IMG/VR virus record: IMGVR_UViG_3300045988_175656
Reading direction: 5' to 3' (one strand)
Origin: a virus
Length of the DNA stretch: 64,000 nt
Under the pieces are notes generated by a model. That model ran no database searches, was not told the DNA's origin, and saw nothing but the letters and a program-made list of their open reading frames with translations. Numbering within the stretch: position 1 is the stretch's first letter; every line of letters begins with the position of its first letter. This document shows positions 1 through 8,039 of the stretch, one piece after another. Both the position numbers and the translations under genes were made by a program.

Positions 1-34
1 GGTTCTCGTTTTTTATTTCTATATTTGCAGTATA
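1..34 (+). repeat. Terminator-tail plus promoter cassette, copy 1 (cut by the window edge); identical to 30405-30438
   Basis: The 34-nt string ggttctcgttttttatttctatatttgcagtat occurs at both places. It contains the 3' half of a hairpin, a T-run and a tatatttg -7 box (20-27). Confidence 0.8.
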
Positions 35-55
35 ATCAAAAAACGAAATAAATAT

Positions 56-412
56 ATGAATAAAATTATTGCAAGGTATAAAATTACATATTCAGATTAC
101 GCAGATGGGAATGGAATGAGTCAATATAAAAATCTTATTGAATATAATGATTATATTGAAGATATTAAACCTAAATATAATGAAATTGCACTTCTTGAAG
201 CTGAACAAACAAAATACAGTAAAAAAAATGAAAAATATAAAGAATGTGATAGAAAAATTTCTGAACTTAAATCCTATATCAAGAAAAATTATGGTGATGA
301 ATTTTTCACAAATAAAGGACTTCTTTATAATTCCAAAAACAATAATGGCATTATGGTTTTACCTGAATGGCAAGGTGGTGAACATAGGGTTATATTAGAA
401 ATTTATAAATAG
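56..412 (+). CDS. hypothetical protein
   Basis: 118-aa ORF just downstream of the promoter box at 20-27. No motif recognised. Confidence 0.6.
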   Translation: MNKIIARYKITYSDYADGNGMSQYKNLIEYNDYIEDIKPKYNEIALLEAEQTKYSKKNEKYKECDRKISELKSYIKKNYGDEFFTNKGLLYNSKNNNGIMVLPEWQGGEHRVILEIYK

Positions 413-419
413 AAATATT

Positions 420-671
420 ATGATAGAAGAAGGATTTGAAGAATTTGTGGATAATATGTTGAAAAAACAAGAACAACAAATTAAAGAACGACAAGACTGT
501 AATAGAAGATTATTGGAAATTGTTGGTCATATGGTAGAAAAATATCCAGAATTAAGATTTGGACAAATTTTATATGCTCTATCTATATATCAAGCTGGTA
601 GAGATTTTTTTAATGATGAAAGTAGAGTAATGCTTGATAGAGTTGAAGTTAAATTTAAAAAATTTGAATAA
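420..671 (+). CDS. hypothetical protein
   Basis: ORF track only; tightly packed with its neighbours. Confidence 0.55.
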   Translation: MIEEGFEEFVDNMLKKQEQQIKERQDCNRRLLEIVGHMVEKYPELRFGQILYALSIYQAGRDFFNDESRVMLDRVEVKFKKFE

Positions 672-672
672 A

Positions 673-1020
673 ATGAATACAATTGTAGTTAATGGTAAAA
701 GAATGCAGGTAGAAGGTAATAATATTTCCATTAATGGAAACAAAATCTTTGTAGATGGTAAAGAATTGAATTGTGAAGAATTAAAAAATGAAGTTACTAT
801 TAAATGGGAAGGGGATTTAGCAAGCCTTGAATGCCATAATGCAAAAATTAAAGGAAATATACAAGGAAATGTAGATTCTCACAACATTGATATTACAGGT
901 AATGTTGGTGGTAATGTAGATTCTCATAATGTTGAAATGAAAGGCGATGTACATGGGGATGTAAAAGGTCATAACATTGATATATCAGGAAATGTTTATG
1001 GACAGCAAAAGAAAATATAA
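673..1020 (+). CDS. repeat protein with bactofilin-like beta-helical repeats (tentative)
   Basis: ORF 634-1020 trimmed to the first ATG after the upstream stop. Shows reiterated GNVDSHNIDITGNVGGNVDSHNVEMKGDVHGDVKGHNIDISGNV units. Confidence 0.5.
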   Translation: MNTIVVNGKRMQVEGNNISINGNKIFVDGKELNCEELKNEVTIKWEGDLASLECHNAKIKGNIQGNVDSHNIDITGNVGGNVDSHNVEMKGDVHGDVKGHNIDISGNVYGQQKKI

Positions 1021-1297
1021 ATATGAAGTTATTGGTACAGAATGCTCTAATGAAGGAATATTTGAAGGGGTGTCAAGTGAGTTTAATACATTGTCAAGTG
1101 CTAAAGAACATGTAGAAAAACATACCAATAATAAACTTGGTATTGTAACAAAACAATATATTTCATCAAATCTTATTTTCAAGTTTTATATGATAGATGG
1201 TTATGCTAAATATGTTAAAAGGGTGTGGGTTTATAATGATAAAAAATGGTATTCTACGAGAAAAATAAGAAAATATCAAATGTTTATTGAATATTAA
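977..1297 (+). CDS. hypothetical protein (start uncertain, 977-998)
   Basis: ORF track; overlaps the previous ORF by about 20-44 nt. Confidence 0.4.
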   Translation: MIYQEMFMDSKRKYKYEVIGTECSNEGIFEGVSSEFNTLSSAKEHVEKHTNNKLGIVTKQYISSNLIFKFYMIDGYAKYVKRVWVYNDKKWYSTRKIRKYQMFIEY

Positions 1298-1325
1298 CAA
1301 ATAATATTTGGAGAATTGAAATTTT

Positions 1326-1340
1326 AGTTGTATATTTGCA
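1326..1340 (+). promoter_or_regulatory. Bacteroidota-type promoter (-7 box TAnnTTTG)
   Basis: agttgtatatttgca matches the window-wide consensus; it precedes the ORF at 1368. Confidence 0.6.
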
Positions 1341-1367
1341 TTGTAAAATTTAAAAACAGAAAAGAAA

Positions 1368-2204
1368 ATGAAATTAATTAAACTATTGACATTTAGTTTA
1401 TTTAGCTTGATAATACTTACATTATCAAGTTGTTCGGTGGCAACCGTGAATGCAGATGAAGAATTAGTTTTTGTGAAAAAACCTATCATTTTTGGTAGTG
1501 GTGGTGTGGATTCTGAACCATTGACAAGTGGTTCACAATGGCGTTGGTTTTCTACTGATGAAGTAATCTTTAAAGTTTCACCTATTCAATATGAGGAAGA
1601 ATTTAAAGATATATTTACGAGTGATAATACACCAATCAATCTTTCTGCAAATCTTTTGCTTCAAATTGAAAAAGGAAGTACACCTAAGTTATTAACTGAT
1701 TTTGGGGAAAAGTGGTATGATAATAATATTCAAGTACAATTCGTAAAATATGTACGTGATGAAATATCAAAATACCCTATGAAGGAACTGACATCTAAAC
1801 GTGAAATATATGATAATGTAGAGATGGTTGTTAACGAAAAAGTGCAACAAATTATTAAAGATAAAAAGATACCTGTAAATGTTTTGGCTGTTGTAGTTAA
1901 TCGTGCTGTACCTAAAGATGATGTAATGGAAGAATTGACTCGTACTGCAATTCAAATTCAAGCACAAGAAACACAAGAACAACGTGAAAAAACAGAATCG
2001 AAACGTGAAGCTGCTGAAATTAAAAGAGCGCAAGCTGATAAAGCATATCAAAGGGAAATGAGTTTAACAGCAGACCAATATATTAAATTACGTGCTCTTG
2101 AAATTGAAAAAGAAAAGGTTGAAATGATTAAAAACAAACAAAATGTTAAAATTAATATGTTAATGGGTAATGGAGCACAACCCATTTATGATGTAAATTA
2201 TTAA
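1368..2204 (+). CDS. SPFH/band-7 (prohibitin/HflC-like) lipoprotein
   Basis: N-terminal lipobox signal MKLIKLLTFSLFSLIILTLSSC, then a band-7-like core and a charged Q/E/K-rich coiled-coil tail. Confidence 0.75.
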   Translation: MKLIKLLTFSLFSLIILTLSSCSVATVNADEELVFVKKPIIFGSGGVDSEPLTSGSQWRWFSTDEVIFKVSPIQYEEEFKDIFTSDNTPINLSANLLLQIEKGSTPKLLTDFGEKWYDNNIQVQFVKYVRDEISKYPMKELTSKREIYDNVEMVVNEKVQQIIKDKKIPVNVLAVVVNRAVPKDDVMEELTRTAIQIQAQETQEQREKTESKREAAEIKRAQADKAYQREMSLTADQYIKLRALEIEKEKVEMIKNKQNVKINMLMGNGAQPIYDVNY

Positions 2205-2215
2205 TTTTAATGGTT

Positions 2216-2323
2216 TAGAATGCTTGGTGGTAGAAAGTTTACATTTAGATATTTTTATTCATAAAAATAATATGAAATATAACTAAATAATAATCTATGT
2301 GGGTTCGAATCCCATCATTCTAA
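2216..2323 (+). tRNA. tRNA-shaped gene with expanded interior (anticodon not assignable)
   Basis: 7-bp acceptor tagaatg/cattcta and T-arm gtggg-ttcgaat-cccat. The candidate anticodon stem tagat/atcta encloses about 42 nt instead of 7. Confidence 0.4.
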
Positions 2324-2337
2324 CAAAATTATAAAAT

Positions 2338-2655
2338 ATGGATAAGGAAATTTTAAAAAGATTTACTACTAATACTGATGAAACAGGTCGTATGATTGTT
2401 ACATCATTAAAAACAGGTAGAAAGTATTTTATTGAAGCTATTGGAAGTGGATATAATGAAGTGTGGGGTGATGTTGACCCTGCAACAAAGAAAATGACAG
2501 GAAGTTATGGAGATAAATATACAGGGTCAGTTAGACCTGAACAATCTTTGATAACTGAAGAAAATGGATTTAAAAACGTAGTAACATTAAAAGTTGGCGA
2601 ATCTCCTTTTGATGAAATTGATAGACGTGATAAAGAATATGAGAAAAAATCGTGA
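2338..2655 (+). CDS. hypothetical protein
   Basis: ORF track only. Confidence 0.6.
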   Translation: MDKEILKRFTTNTDETGRMIVTSLKTGRKYFIEAIGSGYNEVWGDVDPATKKMTGSYGDKYTGSVRPEQSLITEENGFKNVVTLKVGESPFDEIDRRDKEYEKKS

Positions 2656-2679
2656 TATTATATTTTAAGTAAAAAAAAA

Positions 2680-2799
2680 ACAGTATTAGCTCAGTTGGTT
2701 AGAGCATCAGCCCATAATAGAAATTTTTCAGTATTTGAAAAAACAGCAATATAATCTTAAACACGCAGAGGGTCATTGGTTCGAGTCCAATATACTGTT
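2680..2799 (+). tRNA. tRNA-shaped gene (probably CAU class) interrupted by the conserved hairpin/AGCAA module
   Basis: Acceptor acagtat/atactgt, D-arm gctc-agttggtta-gagc, T-arm attgg-ttcgagt-ccaat. Anticodon stem tcagc/gcaga encloses 53 nt beginning ccataat. The insert carries tttttca-gtatt-tgaaaaa followed by cagcaatataa (2724-2754). Confidence 0.6.
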
Positions 2800-2815
2800 C
2801 TAAAAAATAAAAATT

Positions 2816-3130
2816 ATGGTAAAAGATAAAGTATCATTTTATGAAATGATGAAAACCTTAGATGAAGGTGGATATGCGTTTTTAGCAAATGGGTGTATTT
2901 TGTTTAAACAAATACCTGCTGAGATTATGCCTGATACAATTCCTTTATTGAAGTCAGTACCAGATTTAGTTAAACAAAGAATGCTATCTTTAATTGAAAA
3001 AGATTCAGCTAAAAGTGCTAAGTATGAAAACCAATATATAAAAATGAATCAACAACTAAGAATGACTTATTATATATTTACAGGAGATGATGTAAATAGT
3101 AATGATTGGACTGTTGTTGCTAAAGATTAA
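2816..3130 (+). CDS. hypothetical protein
   Basis: ORF track only. Confidence 0.6.
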   Translation: MVKDKVSFYEMMKTLDEGGYAFLANGCILFKQIPAEIMPDTIPLLKSVPDLVKQRMLSLIEKDSAKSAKYENQYIKMNQQLRMTYYIFTGDDVNSNDWTVVAKD

Positions 3131-3134
3131 TGTT

Positions 3135-3581
3135 ATGGGAATATCAAGAAAACAAATAAAAAAAGCTATTCACAGATTAAGAGTAGATGGTAAAACACCA
3201 CATGATGTAATAGATTTTATTAATAAAAAACTTTGCACAAATAAGGTGGAATTTGAAGAAATACAAAATTGTAGTGAAAATAAAAAACTTTTACCTACAA
3301 GTACCATTTTATCAGATGTTTCAAATTTAAAAGGTATTATGAATGGTGTTACTTTTAATACAGGAAATGGACTTCTTATTAAAAGAACATACAATACGTT
3401 GTGTAATAATTTTAAAAGAATAACTAAGAAACAGTTTCCATTATCATATGAAGAAACTAATGAAGTGATTCAAGCTGTGAAAGATGGAAACAAACTTCAT
3501 GCTGTGAAATTGATAAAAATAAATTCAGGTCTTGGGTTGAGAGAGTCCAAAAATATTTTAGATGCAATGTTTTTTATATAA
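3135..3581 (+). CDS. protein with ribosomal L7/L12 C-terminal-domain-like tail
   Basis: ORF 3102-3581 trimmed to the ATG after the upstream stop. C-terminal AVKLIKINSGLGLRESKNILD resembles the L7/L12 CTD signature VIKxVRxxTGLGLKEAKDLVE. Confidence 0.55.
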   Translation: MGISRKQIKKAIHRLRVDGKTPHDVIDFINKKLCTNKVEFEEIQNCSENKKLLPTSTILSDVSNLKGIMNGVTFNTGNGLLIKRTYNTLCNNFKRITKKQFPLSYEETNEVIQAVKDGNKLHAVKLIKINSGLGLRESKNILDAMFFI

Positions 3582-3592
3582 GTCATTATAAT

Positions 3593-3802
3593 ATGGGAAA
3601 ACAAAAAATAAAACAAGGAATGGTTGTTGTTCTCGATACTGATATTTTTAGTGAAGAATGCGTTATATTATTATCAAGAGTAGGTAATAAGATTAAATCT
3701 TTCTATTTAAGAGAATATGAAATTATTGAAATTGATAAAGATGAAATGTTAGAAAATATTAAAAAAGGTAAATGGTTACTTAGAGTGCCTGATGAACTTT
3801 AA
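3593..3802 (+). CDS. hypothetical protein
   Basis: ORF track only. Confidence 0.55.
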   Translation: MGKQKIKQGMVVVLDTDIFSEECVILLSRVGNKIKSFYLREYEIIEIDKDEMLENIKKGKWLLRVPDEL

Positions 3803-4400
3803 CAATAATAAAATGAAGGGAAGTACTAATACTAAGCAGTTTAAAAATTTTCAGATTAGATGGGCTGAAAAATTAGGGTATGAAGATAATCCATACCTTA
3901 TAAGGTGGACATTTATATTTTTTGGTTATTCAATGAGAATACATCATTGGATTAAATCAGATGATGATAGATATTTTCATGACCATTCAGCTAATTTGCT
4001 TAGTATTGTATTGAAAGGGCATTATTGGAATGTAAAACCAATTGATACTAATAAAAATCCTTCTGATATGGTTAAAGTAATGGTTGATTCATATGTTAGT
4101 GGCTATATACCTGATAACCCTGATGAAGATTATGTTGAAATTGAAAAAGAAAATACAAAGTATTATTATGTAGAAGGTATTTTCAATTCTTTTTGGAATT
4201 TCATTAATATGAGAAAATCTATTTGGTTTTCAAAAGCTGAAGATAAACATTTTCTACGAATACCTGAAGGCGGTGCTTGGACATTGATGTTTGAAGGCAG
4301 ACCAAAACATAAATGGGGATTTTATGTTAATGGTCATAAATGGAGACCACTAAGATATTTTCATAAGTTTGGAATAAGACAAGATAAAAATTATCAATAA
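3792..4400 (+). CDS. hypothetical protein
   Basis: ORF track; its stop overlaps the coaE start (ATAATG). Confidence 0.6.
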   Translation: MNFNNNKMKGSTNTKQFKNFQIRWAEKLGYEDNPYLIRWTFIFFGYSMRIHHWIKSDDDRYFHDHSANLLSIVLKGHYWNVKPIDTNKNPSDMVKVMVDSYVSGYIPDNPDEDYVEIEKENTKYYYVEGIFNSFWNFINMRKSIWFSKAEDKHFLRIPEGGAWTLMFEGRPKHKWGFYVNGHKWRPLRYFHKFGIRQDKNYQ

Positions 4401-4984
4401 TGATATTAGGTATAACAGGTTATATTGGAAGTGGAAAAAGTTATATTTCCAACCTTTTTAGAAAAAATAACATTCCTGTATATGATACAGATAGTAAAGC
4501 AAAAGAAATTTTGAATACTAATCATCAACTTAAACAGGAATTAATTGATTTACTTGGCAATTCTATTTATAAAGATGGTGAATTAAATAAAAAACAATTA
4601 GCATTTTATTTGTTTAGTGACCAAGGTTATACTGATAAGATAAATGCAACTATTCATCCTTATGTAACAGAAGATTTTAAAAAGTGGAGTAAAAAAGAAC
4701 TTGTAACACATAAGATAGTTGCAGTTGAATCAGCTATACTTATTGATAGTGAGTTAGTTAATTGTGTTGATAAAATTGTTTTTGTTGAAGCACCTGTTGA
4801 ATTATGTATTGAAAGAGCCACAAAAAGGGATAACACAAATAAAATTGATATTATTAATAGAATTAATAAACAACCATCGCATTCTGATATAGTTAGATTT
4901 TCTAATTATGTTATATGTAATGATGGAAAAAAAGACAATGATATTGAAATGCAAGTAAAAAATATAATTGATAACATTTTTTAA
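4400..4984 (+). CDS. coaE: dephospho-CoA kinase
   Basis: N-terminal P-loop ILGITGYIGSGKS with the typical CoaE layout (IPVYDTDSKAKEIL; length 194 aa). Confidence 0.85.
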   Translation: MILGITGYIGSGKSYISNLFRKNNIPVYDTDSKAKEILNTNHQLKQELIDLLGNSIYKDGELNKKQLAFYLFSDQGYTDKINATIHPYVTEDFKKWSKKELVTHKIVAVESAILIDSELVNCVDKIVFVEAPVELCIERATKRDNTNKIDIINRINKQPSHSDIVRFSNYVICNDGKKDNDIEMQVKNIIDNIF

Positions 4985-5010
4985 TATTAAAAATTTGTTA
5001 GTTTAAAAAA

Positions 5011-5030
5011 TAAGTTGTATATTTGCAAAG
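5011..5030 (+). promoter_or_regulatory. Bacteroidota-type promoter driving a small structured RNA
   Basis: taagttgtatatttgcaaag consensus copy. Confidence 0.65.
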
Positions 5031-5032
5031 TC

Positions 5033-5170
5033 AAAAATTAATAATAGTCTTAGAACGATATATAAAATGACATAATTTGTTAGTTAGCGAATCTTTAACG
5101 AAACATAGTTGTAGAGTTTCAAACAAATTATTTGGGTGGAGAATCGGGATTCCTAATATTATTAATTTTA
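5033..5170 (+). ncRNA. structured small RNA candidate (unknown class)
   Basis: No ORF. A 13-bp closing helix (5034-5046 aaaattaataata with 5157-5169 tattattaatttt) encloses a nested 10-bp helix (5072-5081 ataatttgtt with 5122-5131 aacaaattat). It lies between two consensus promoters. Confidence 0.5.
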
Positions 5171-5210
5171 AAACATTTTTTAATAATAAATTTTTGGTTT
5201 ATTAAAAAAT

Positions 5211-5229
5211 AAGTTGTATATTTGCAAAG
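5211..5229 (+). promoter_or_regulatory. Bacteroidota-type promoter
   Basis: aagttgtatatttgcaaag, 10 nt upstream of the tRNA-shaped gene at 5239. Confidence 0.65.
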
Positions 5230-5238
5230 TAAAAAGAA

Positions 5239-5435
5239 CAATGGTTAGCTTAATTTGGTAAAGCGTTTCCCAATGATATAATTTCTTGCGCAATTGGAAT
5301 TATGTCATAACGACATGGAAAAGAATGGGTGTTGAAAAAAGAAGGATTTAGTAGAGTTTATTAGAGGTGCGCACCTCTAATAAAGGAAACTTGATTTGGA
5401 ATGAAGTAAAAAAGGTTCGAGTCCCCCACCATTGA
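5239..5435 (+). tRNA. tRNA-shaped gene with a ~110-nt insertion in the anticodon region and a weak T-stem
   Basis: Perfect acceptor caatggt/accattg, D-arm gctt-aatttggta-aagc and T-loop ggttcgagtcc. The stem tttcc (5266-5270)/ggaaa (5385-5389) encloses 114 nt, including the palindromic hairpin tagaggtgcgcacctcta. The T-stem has only 2 clear pairs. Confidence 0.4.
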
Positions 5436-5462
5436 CGATGTTTAATTATAAAATTATATTTC

Positions 5463-5762
5463 ATGAGAATTAAAGAAAAGAAAGTTGGGCAACACTTTCA
5501 ACATAGAAAAAGGATATTAGATACTGTTGCAGTACAACATGATAAAGTAGTTGGAACTGGATGGCATTGTGGGGTTGAAAATGGAAAATGTATGAATTGC
5601 TATTTTAATAATCATCCACCTTACAAATTTGCTTATTCTTATGAAAGAGAAAAAGTTAAAGACTATAATAGTTGTGCATATAAACATAGATGCACAAAAG
5701 TATATAGAACAGATGGAAATAATGTAATTTTTAAATCCATTAAAAATTTAACAAATAATTAA
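5463..5762 (+). CDS. hypothetical Cys/His-rich protein
   Basis: ORF track; several C and H residues (CGVENGKCMNC, CAYKHRC). Confidence 0.5.
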   Translation: MRIKEKKVGQHFQHRKRILDTVAVQHDKVVGTGWHCGVENGKCMNCYFNNHPPYKFAYSYEREKVKDYNSCAYKHRCTKVYRTDGNNVIFKSIKNLTNN

Positions 5763-5789
5763 CATTAAAAATTTGCAAGTTTCAAAAAT

Positions 5790-5808
5790 AAGTCGTATAT
5801 TTGCAAAG
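5790..5808 (+). promoter_or_regulatory. Bacteroidota-type promoter driving the large ORF-free block
   Basis: aagtcgtatatttgcaaag consensus copy. Confidence 0.65.
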
Positions 5809-5809
5809 T

Positions 5810-6786
5810 AAAAAGAAAACAAAGCGTTCTTTGAGAGAATTAAAACGAAATTTTATTAGTTTTTTATTAAAAATGGAAACATTTGGAAATGATAAACTAT
5901 TTAAAATATACAGTTAGCCCTCATAACTGTAAGGATAACGCAGTAATGTAATAAAGCAAACATGTGACAGTGTTTGCGATGCTTAATAAGCATTCCATAG
6001 AAGGGCAATATTGAGTATCATAACAAATGGAGTAAGGACGGGCAGAAATGAAAGTTTGTTATGACAAGGGGGATAAATCCTCTTTGTTGATACAGAAATG
6101 TAAATAAGAAAGTATTGGATAATGGTGCAATTCTTAACCGAGAAACGTGCTATTATAAATCATGTGGCAATTTAGACTTCGTAGCTCCCCCAAAGAGCGA
6201 TTAACGAGTGGTGTCGAATAGTAGAAATACAAAGTCTTTGTTAGAATCAAAAACTAACAGTCAAGTGGTAGTACAAAACATCTCAATTCGGTTAGATGTG
6301 TACAGATTGGTGTTTAAGTGGATTGTACTCAAAAGGTACAAATGCTTTGGGTCGCACCACATCAATCAGTTTTTAGATTAATAAAGGATTATTAGGAATC
6401 AAATTTATGCAGCAAAAGTGTGCGACACTTGTAGGTTAAAATGACCTTATTCCTCTGCAATATGAGGACAATATGAGTACCGCAAGGAAAATATTGAGAA
6501 AGTAAAAGTAATGATTTATCTAAGAGGGGTCGCCTTCTGAAGCCGAAAGCAGTTAGTCAAGAAATGAAATCTATGATACCTATGAGTAAGTGTTTAGTAG
6601 TTTTTCGCAAAACTATTGGTCATGCTATCTACTTAGCAGTAATGTTAAGTGTGAACATTCAGTTCCAACGCTGAAGTAATGATAGTATTAATGGTCATGT
6701 TCTCAGCCATACTTTTAACTCAAAGTGGGGGTCAATGCAGATGATTTTCTGTTGGAATGGTTCAATTCCATTTAAAAGTACTTTAA
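5810..6786 (+). ncRNA. large structured ncRNA candidate (~970 nt; class unknown, GOLLD/ROOL-like context)
   Basis: No ORF of 60 aa or more in any frame between 5762 and 7033. It sits behind its own consensus promoter, is visibly more G/C-rich than the flanks, and has many local helices (e.g. gcaaaca...tgtttgc at ~5957-5978 and tggaat-ggttca-attcca near 6754-6771). A small stem element and tRNA-Leu follow directly. Confidence 0.5.
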
Positions 6787-6850
6787 AGGAAACGTAGCAA
6801 ATATTTTAACTATCGAATTATTAATTTGAACAAAGTAAAAAATGTTTCCT
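6787..6850 (+). repeat. AGGAAAC...GTTTCCT stem element, copy 1 (small RNA or processing element)
   Basis: The 7-bp terminal stem aggaaac/gtttcct encloses gtagcaaatattttaac...aaaaaat. Copies also at 12574, 18556 and 18966. Confidence 0.6.
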
Positions 6851-6858
6851 GTTAAAAT

Positions 6859-6945
6859 GGCTCTGTGGCGAAATTGGTAGTACGCATCAGACTTAAAATC
6901 TGAGGGGCAGAAATGCCCGTGTGGGTTCGACTCCCATCAGAGCTA
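6859..6945 (+). tRNA. tRNA-Leu(UAA), type II
   Basis: Acceptor ggctctg/cagagct (G1-U72), anticodon stem tcaga/tctga, loop cttaaaa, long variable arm, T-arm gtggg-ttcgact-cccat. Confidence 0.9.
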
Positions 6946-7032
6946 CAAAAAAAAAATAAAAAAGTTTTTTAAAAAATTGAATTTTTCAATTTATAAGTTA
7001 TATTTATATTAAAAAGTAAAAAAATTAACATT

Positions 7033-7215
7033 ATGGCAACACTTAGTCAAACATATAATCAAATATCGAATTCAACATTTAAATGTTGGAACGGGTTTGT
7101 TATGCACAATGAACAAGTGAGACCTAATGGTATTGCGTTTTATGATAATAAACATAACAGAAAAAGCGTTCGATTACGACTGAAGGATGATATAGTACAA
7201 GAAATAGACTATTAG
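7033..7215 (+). CDS. hypothetical protein
   Basis: ORF track only; followed by a terminator. Confidence 0.45.
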   Translation: MATLSQTYNQISNSTFKCWNGFVMHNEQVRPNGIAFYDNKHNRKSVRLRLKDDIVQEIDY

Positions 7216-7246
7216 AGTTTAAAATACATAACTCAACATATATCCC

Positions 7247-7294
7247 AAAGCTGTAAGAGAACGATAAAAAGTTTGAATACAGCTTTTTTATTTT
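7247..7294 (+). terminator. rho-independent terminator
   Basis: Stem aaagctgta/tacagcttt followed by a T-run. Confidence 0.55.
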
Positions 7295-7308
7295 ATGTAT
7301 ATTTGAAT
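7294..7308 (+). promoter_or_regulatory. Bacteroidota-type promoter
   Basis: tatgtatatttgaat contains TAtaTTTG; precedes folA. Confidence 0.5.
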
Positions 7309-7329
7309 AAAAATTAAGAAATAAGATAT

Positions 7330-8028
7330 ATGACAGTTAATTTGATTGTTGCAATTAGTGAGAATAATGCAATTGGTAAAAATGGCGATTTGTGTTTTCA
7401 TATTAAAGATGATTTAAGAAGATTCAAAGAACTTACAATAGGCAAACCAGTAATAATGGGATATAATACATATAAATCATTACCAAATGGTGCTTTACCA
7501 AAAAGAAAAAATATTGTTTTATGTGATAATGAAACAACAGTGTTGATTAAAGAAATGGTAACTTTGTTACCTTCATTAGAAGAAGCTATACAATATTGCG
7601 ATGATAACTGTTATGATGATATTTTTATAATTGGTGGTGGAATGCTCTACAAATATGCAATTGAACATGATTTAGTGGATATTTTGTATATTACAAAAAT
7701 ACATGAAATTGTTGAAGATGCAGATACATTTTTTCCAAATATTGATTATAATAAATGGGTAGAAAAAACAAAAGAAGATAAAGAAACTGAAGATGGTATC
7801 AAATATAGTTTTGTTAAATATAAAAGAAATAAAGCAAAATTTATTTTAAATCCTGATTCAATTCATGTTGACAAAATACATAAGGCTATTGAAAAGAAGA
7901 AAGAAAAATTTGGAGAAAGATATTGCCCATGTGTAACAAAATTAGCCCACTGTGAGGACACAATTTGTCCTTGCAAAGAATATAGGACTAATGGGGGAAA
8001 ATGTCACTGTGAGCTTTATATTGAGTGA
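7330..8028 (+). CDS. folA: dihydrofolate reductase fused to a ferredoxin-thioredoxin-reductase catalytic-chain-like Cys domain
   Basis: The N-terminal ~160 aa is DHFR-like (LIVAISENNAIGKNGDL, RFKELT, GYNTYKSLP, IIGGGMLY). The C-terminus has the CPC-x11-CPC-x9-CHC pattern (RYCPCVTKLAHCEDTICPCKEYRTNGGKCHCELY). Confidence 0.85.
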   Translation: MTVNLIVAISENNAIGKNGDLCFHIKDDLRRFKELTIGKPVIMGYNTYKSLPNGALPKRKNIVLCDNETTVLIKEMVTLLPSLEEAIQYCDDNCYDDIFIIGGGMLYKYAIEHDLVDILYITKIHEIVEDADTFFPNIDYNKWVEKTKEDKETEDGIKYSFVKYKRNKAKFILNPDSIHVDKIHKAIEKKKEKFGERYCPCVTKLAHCEDTICPCKEYRTNGGKCHCELYIE

Positions 8029-8039
8029 TAGACATATTT

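Noticed and set aside
5239-5435. A possible tmRNA, given tRNA-like ends with a long interior.
   Set aside because: It is far shorter than tmRNAs. No tag-peptide reading frame or pseudoknot series is visible. It has a normal D-arm and an anticodon-stem-like helix, which tmRNAs lack.
5810-6786. RNase P RNA, tmRNA or rRNA fragment as the identity of the large ORF-free block.
   Set aside because: I could not find the universal RNase P motifs (GAGGAAAGTCC, ACAGAA-type J-regions), tmRNA ends or rRNA-like conserved strings by eye. The class is left open pending a covariance-model search.
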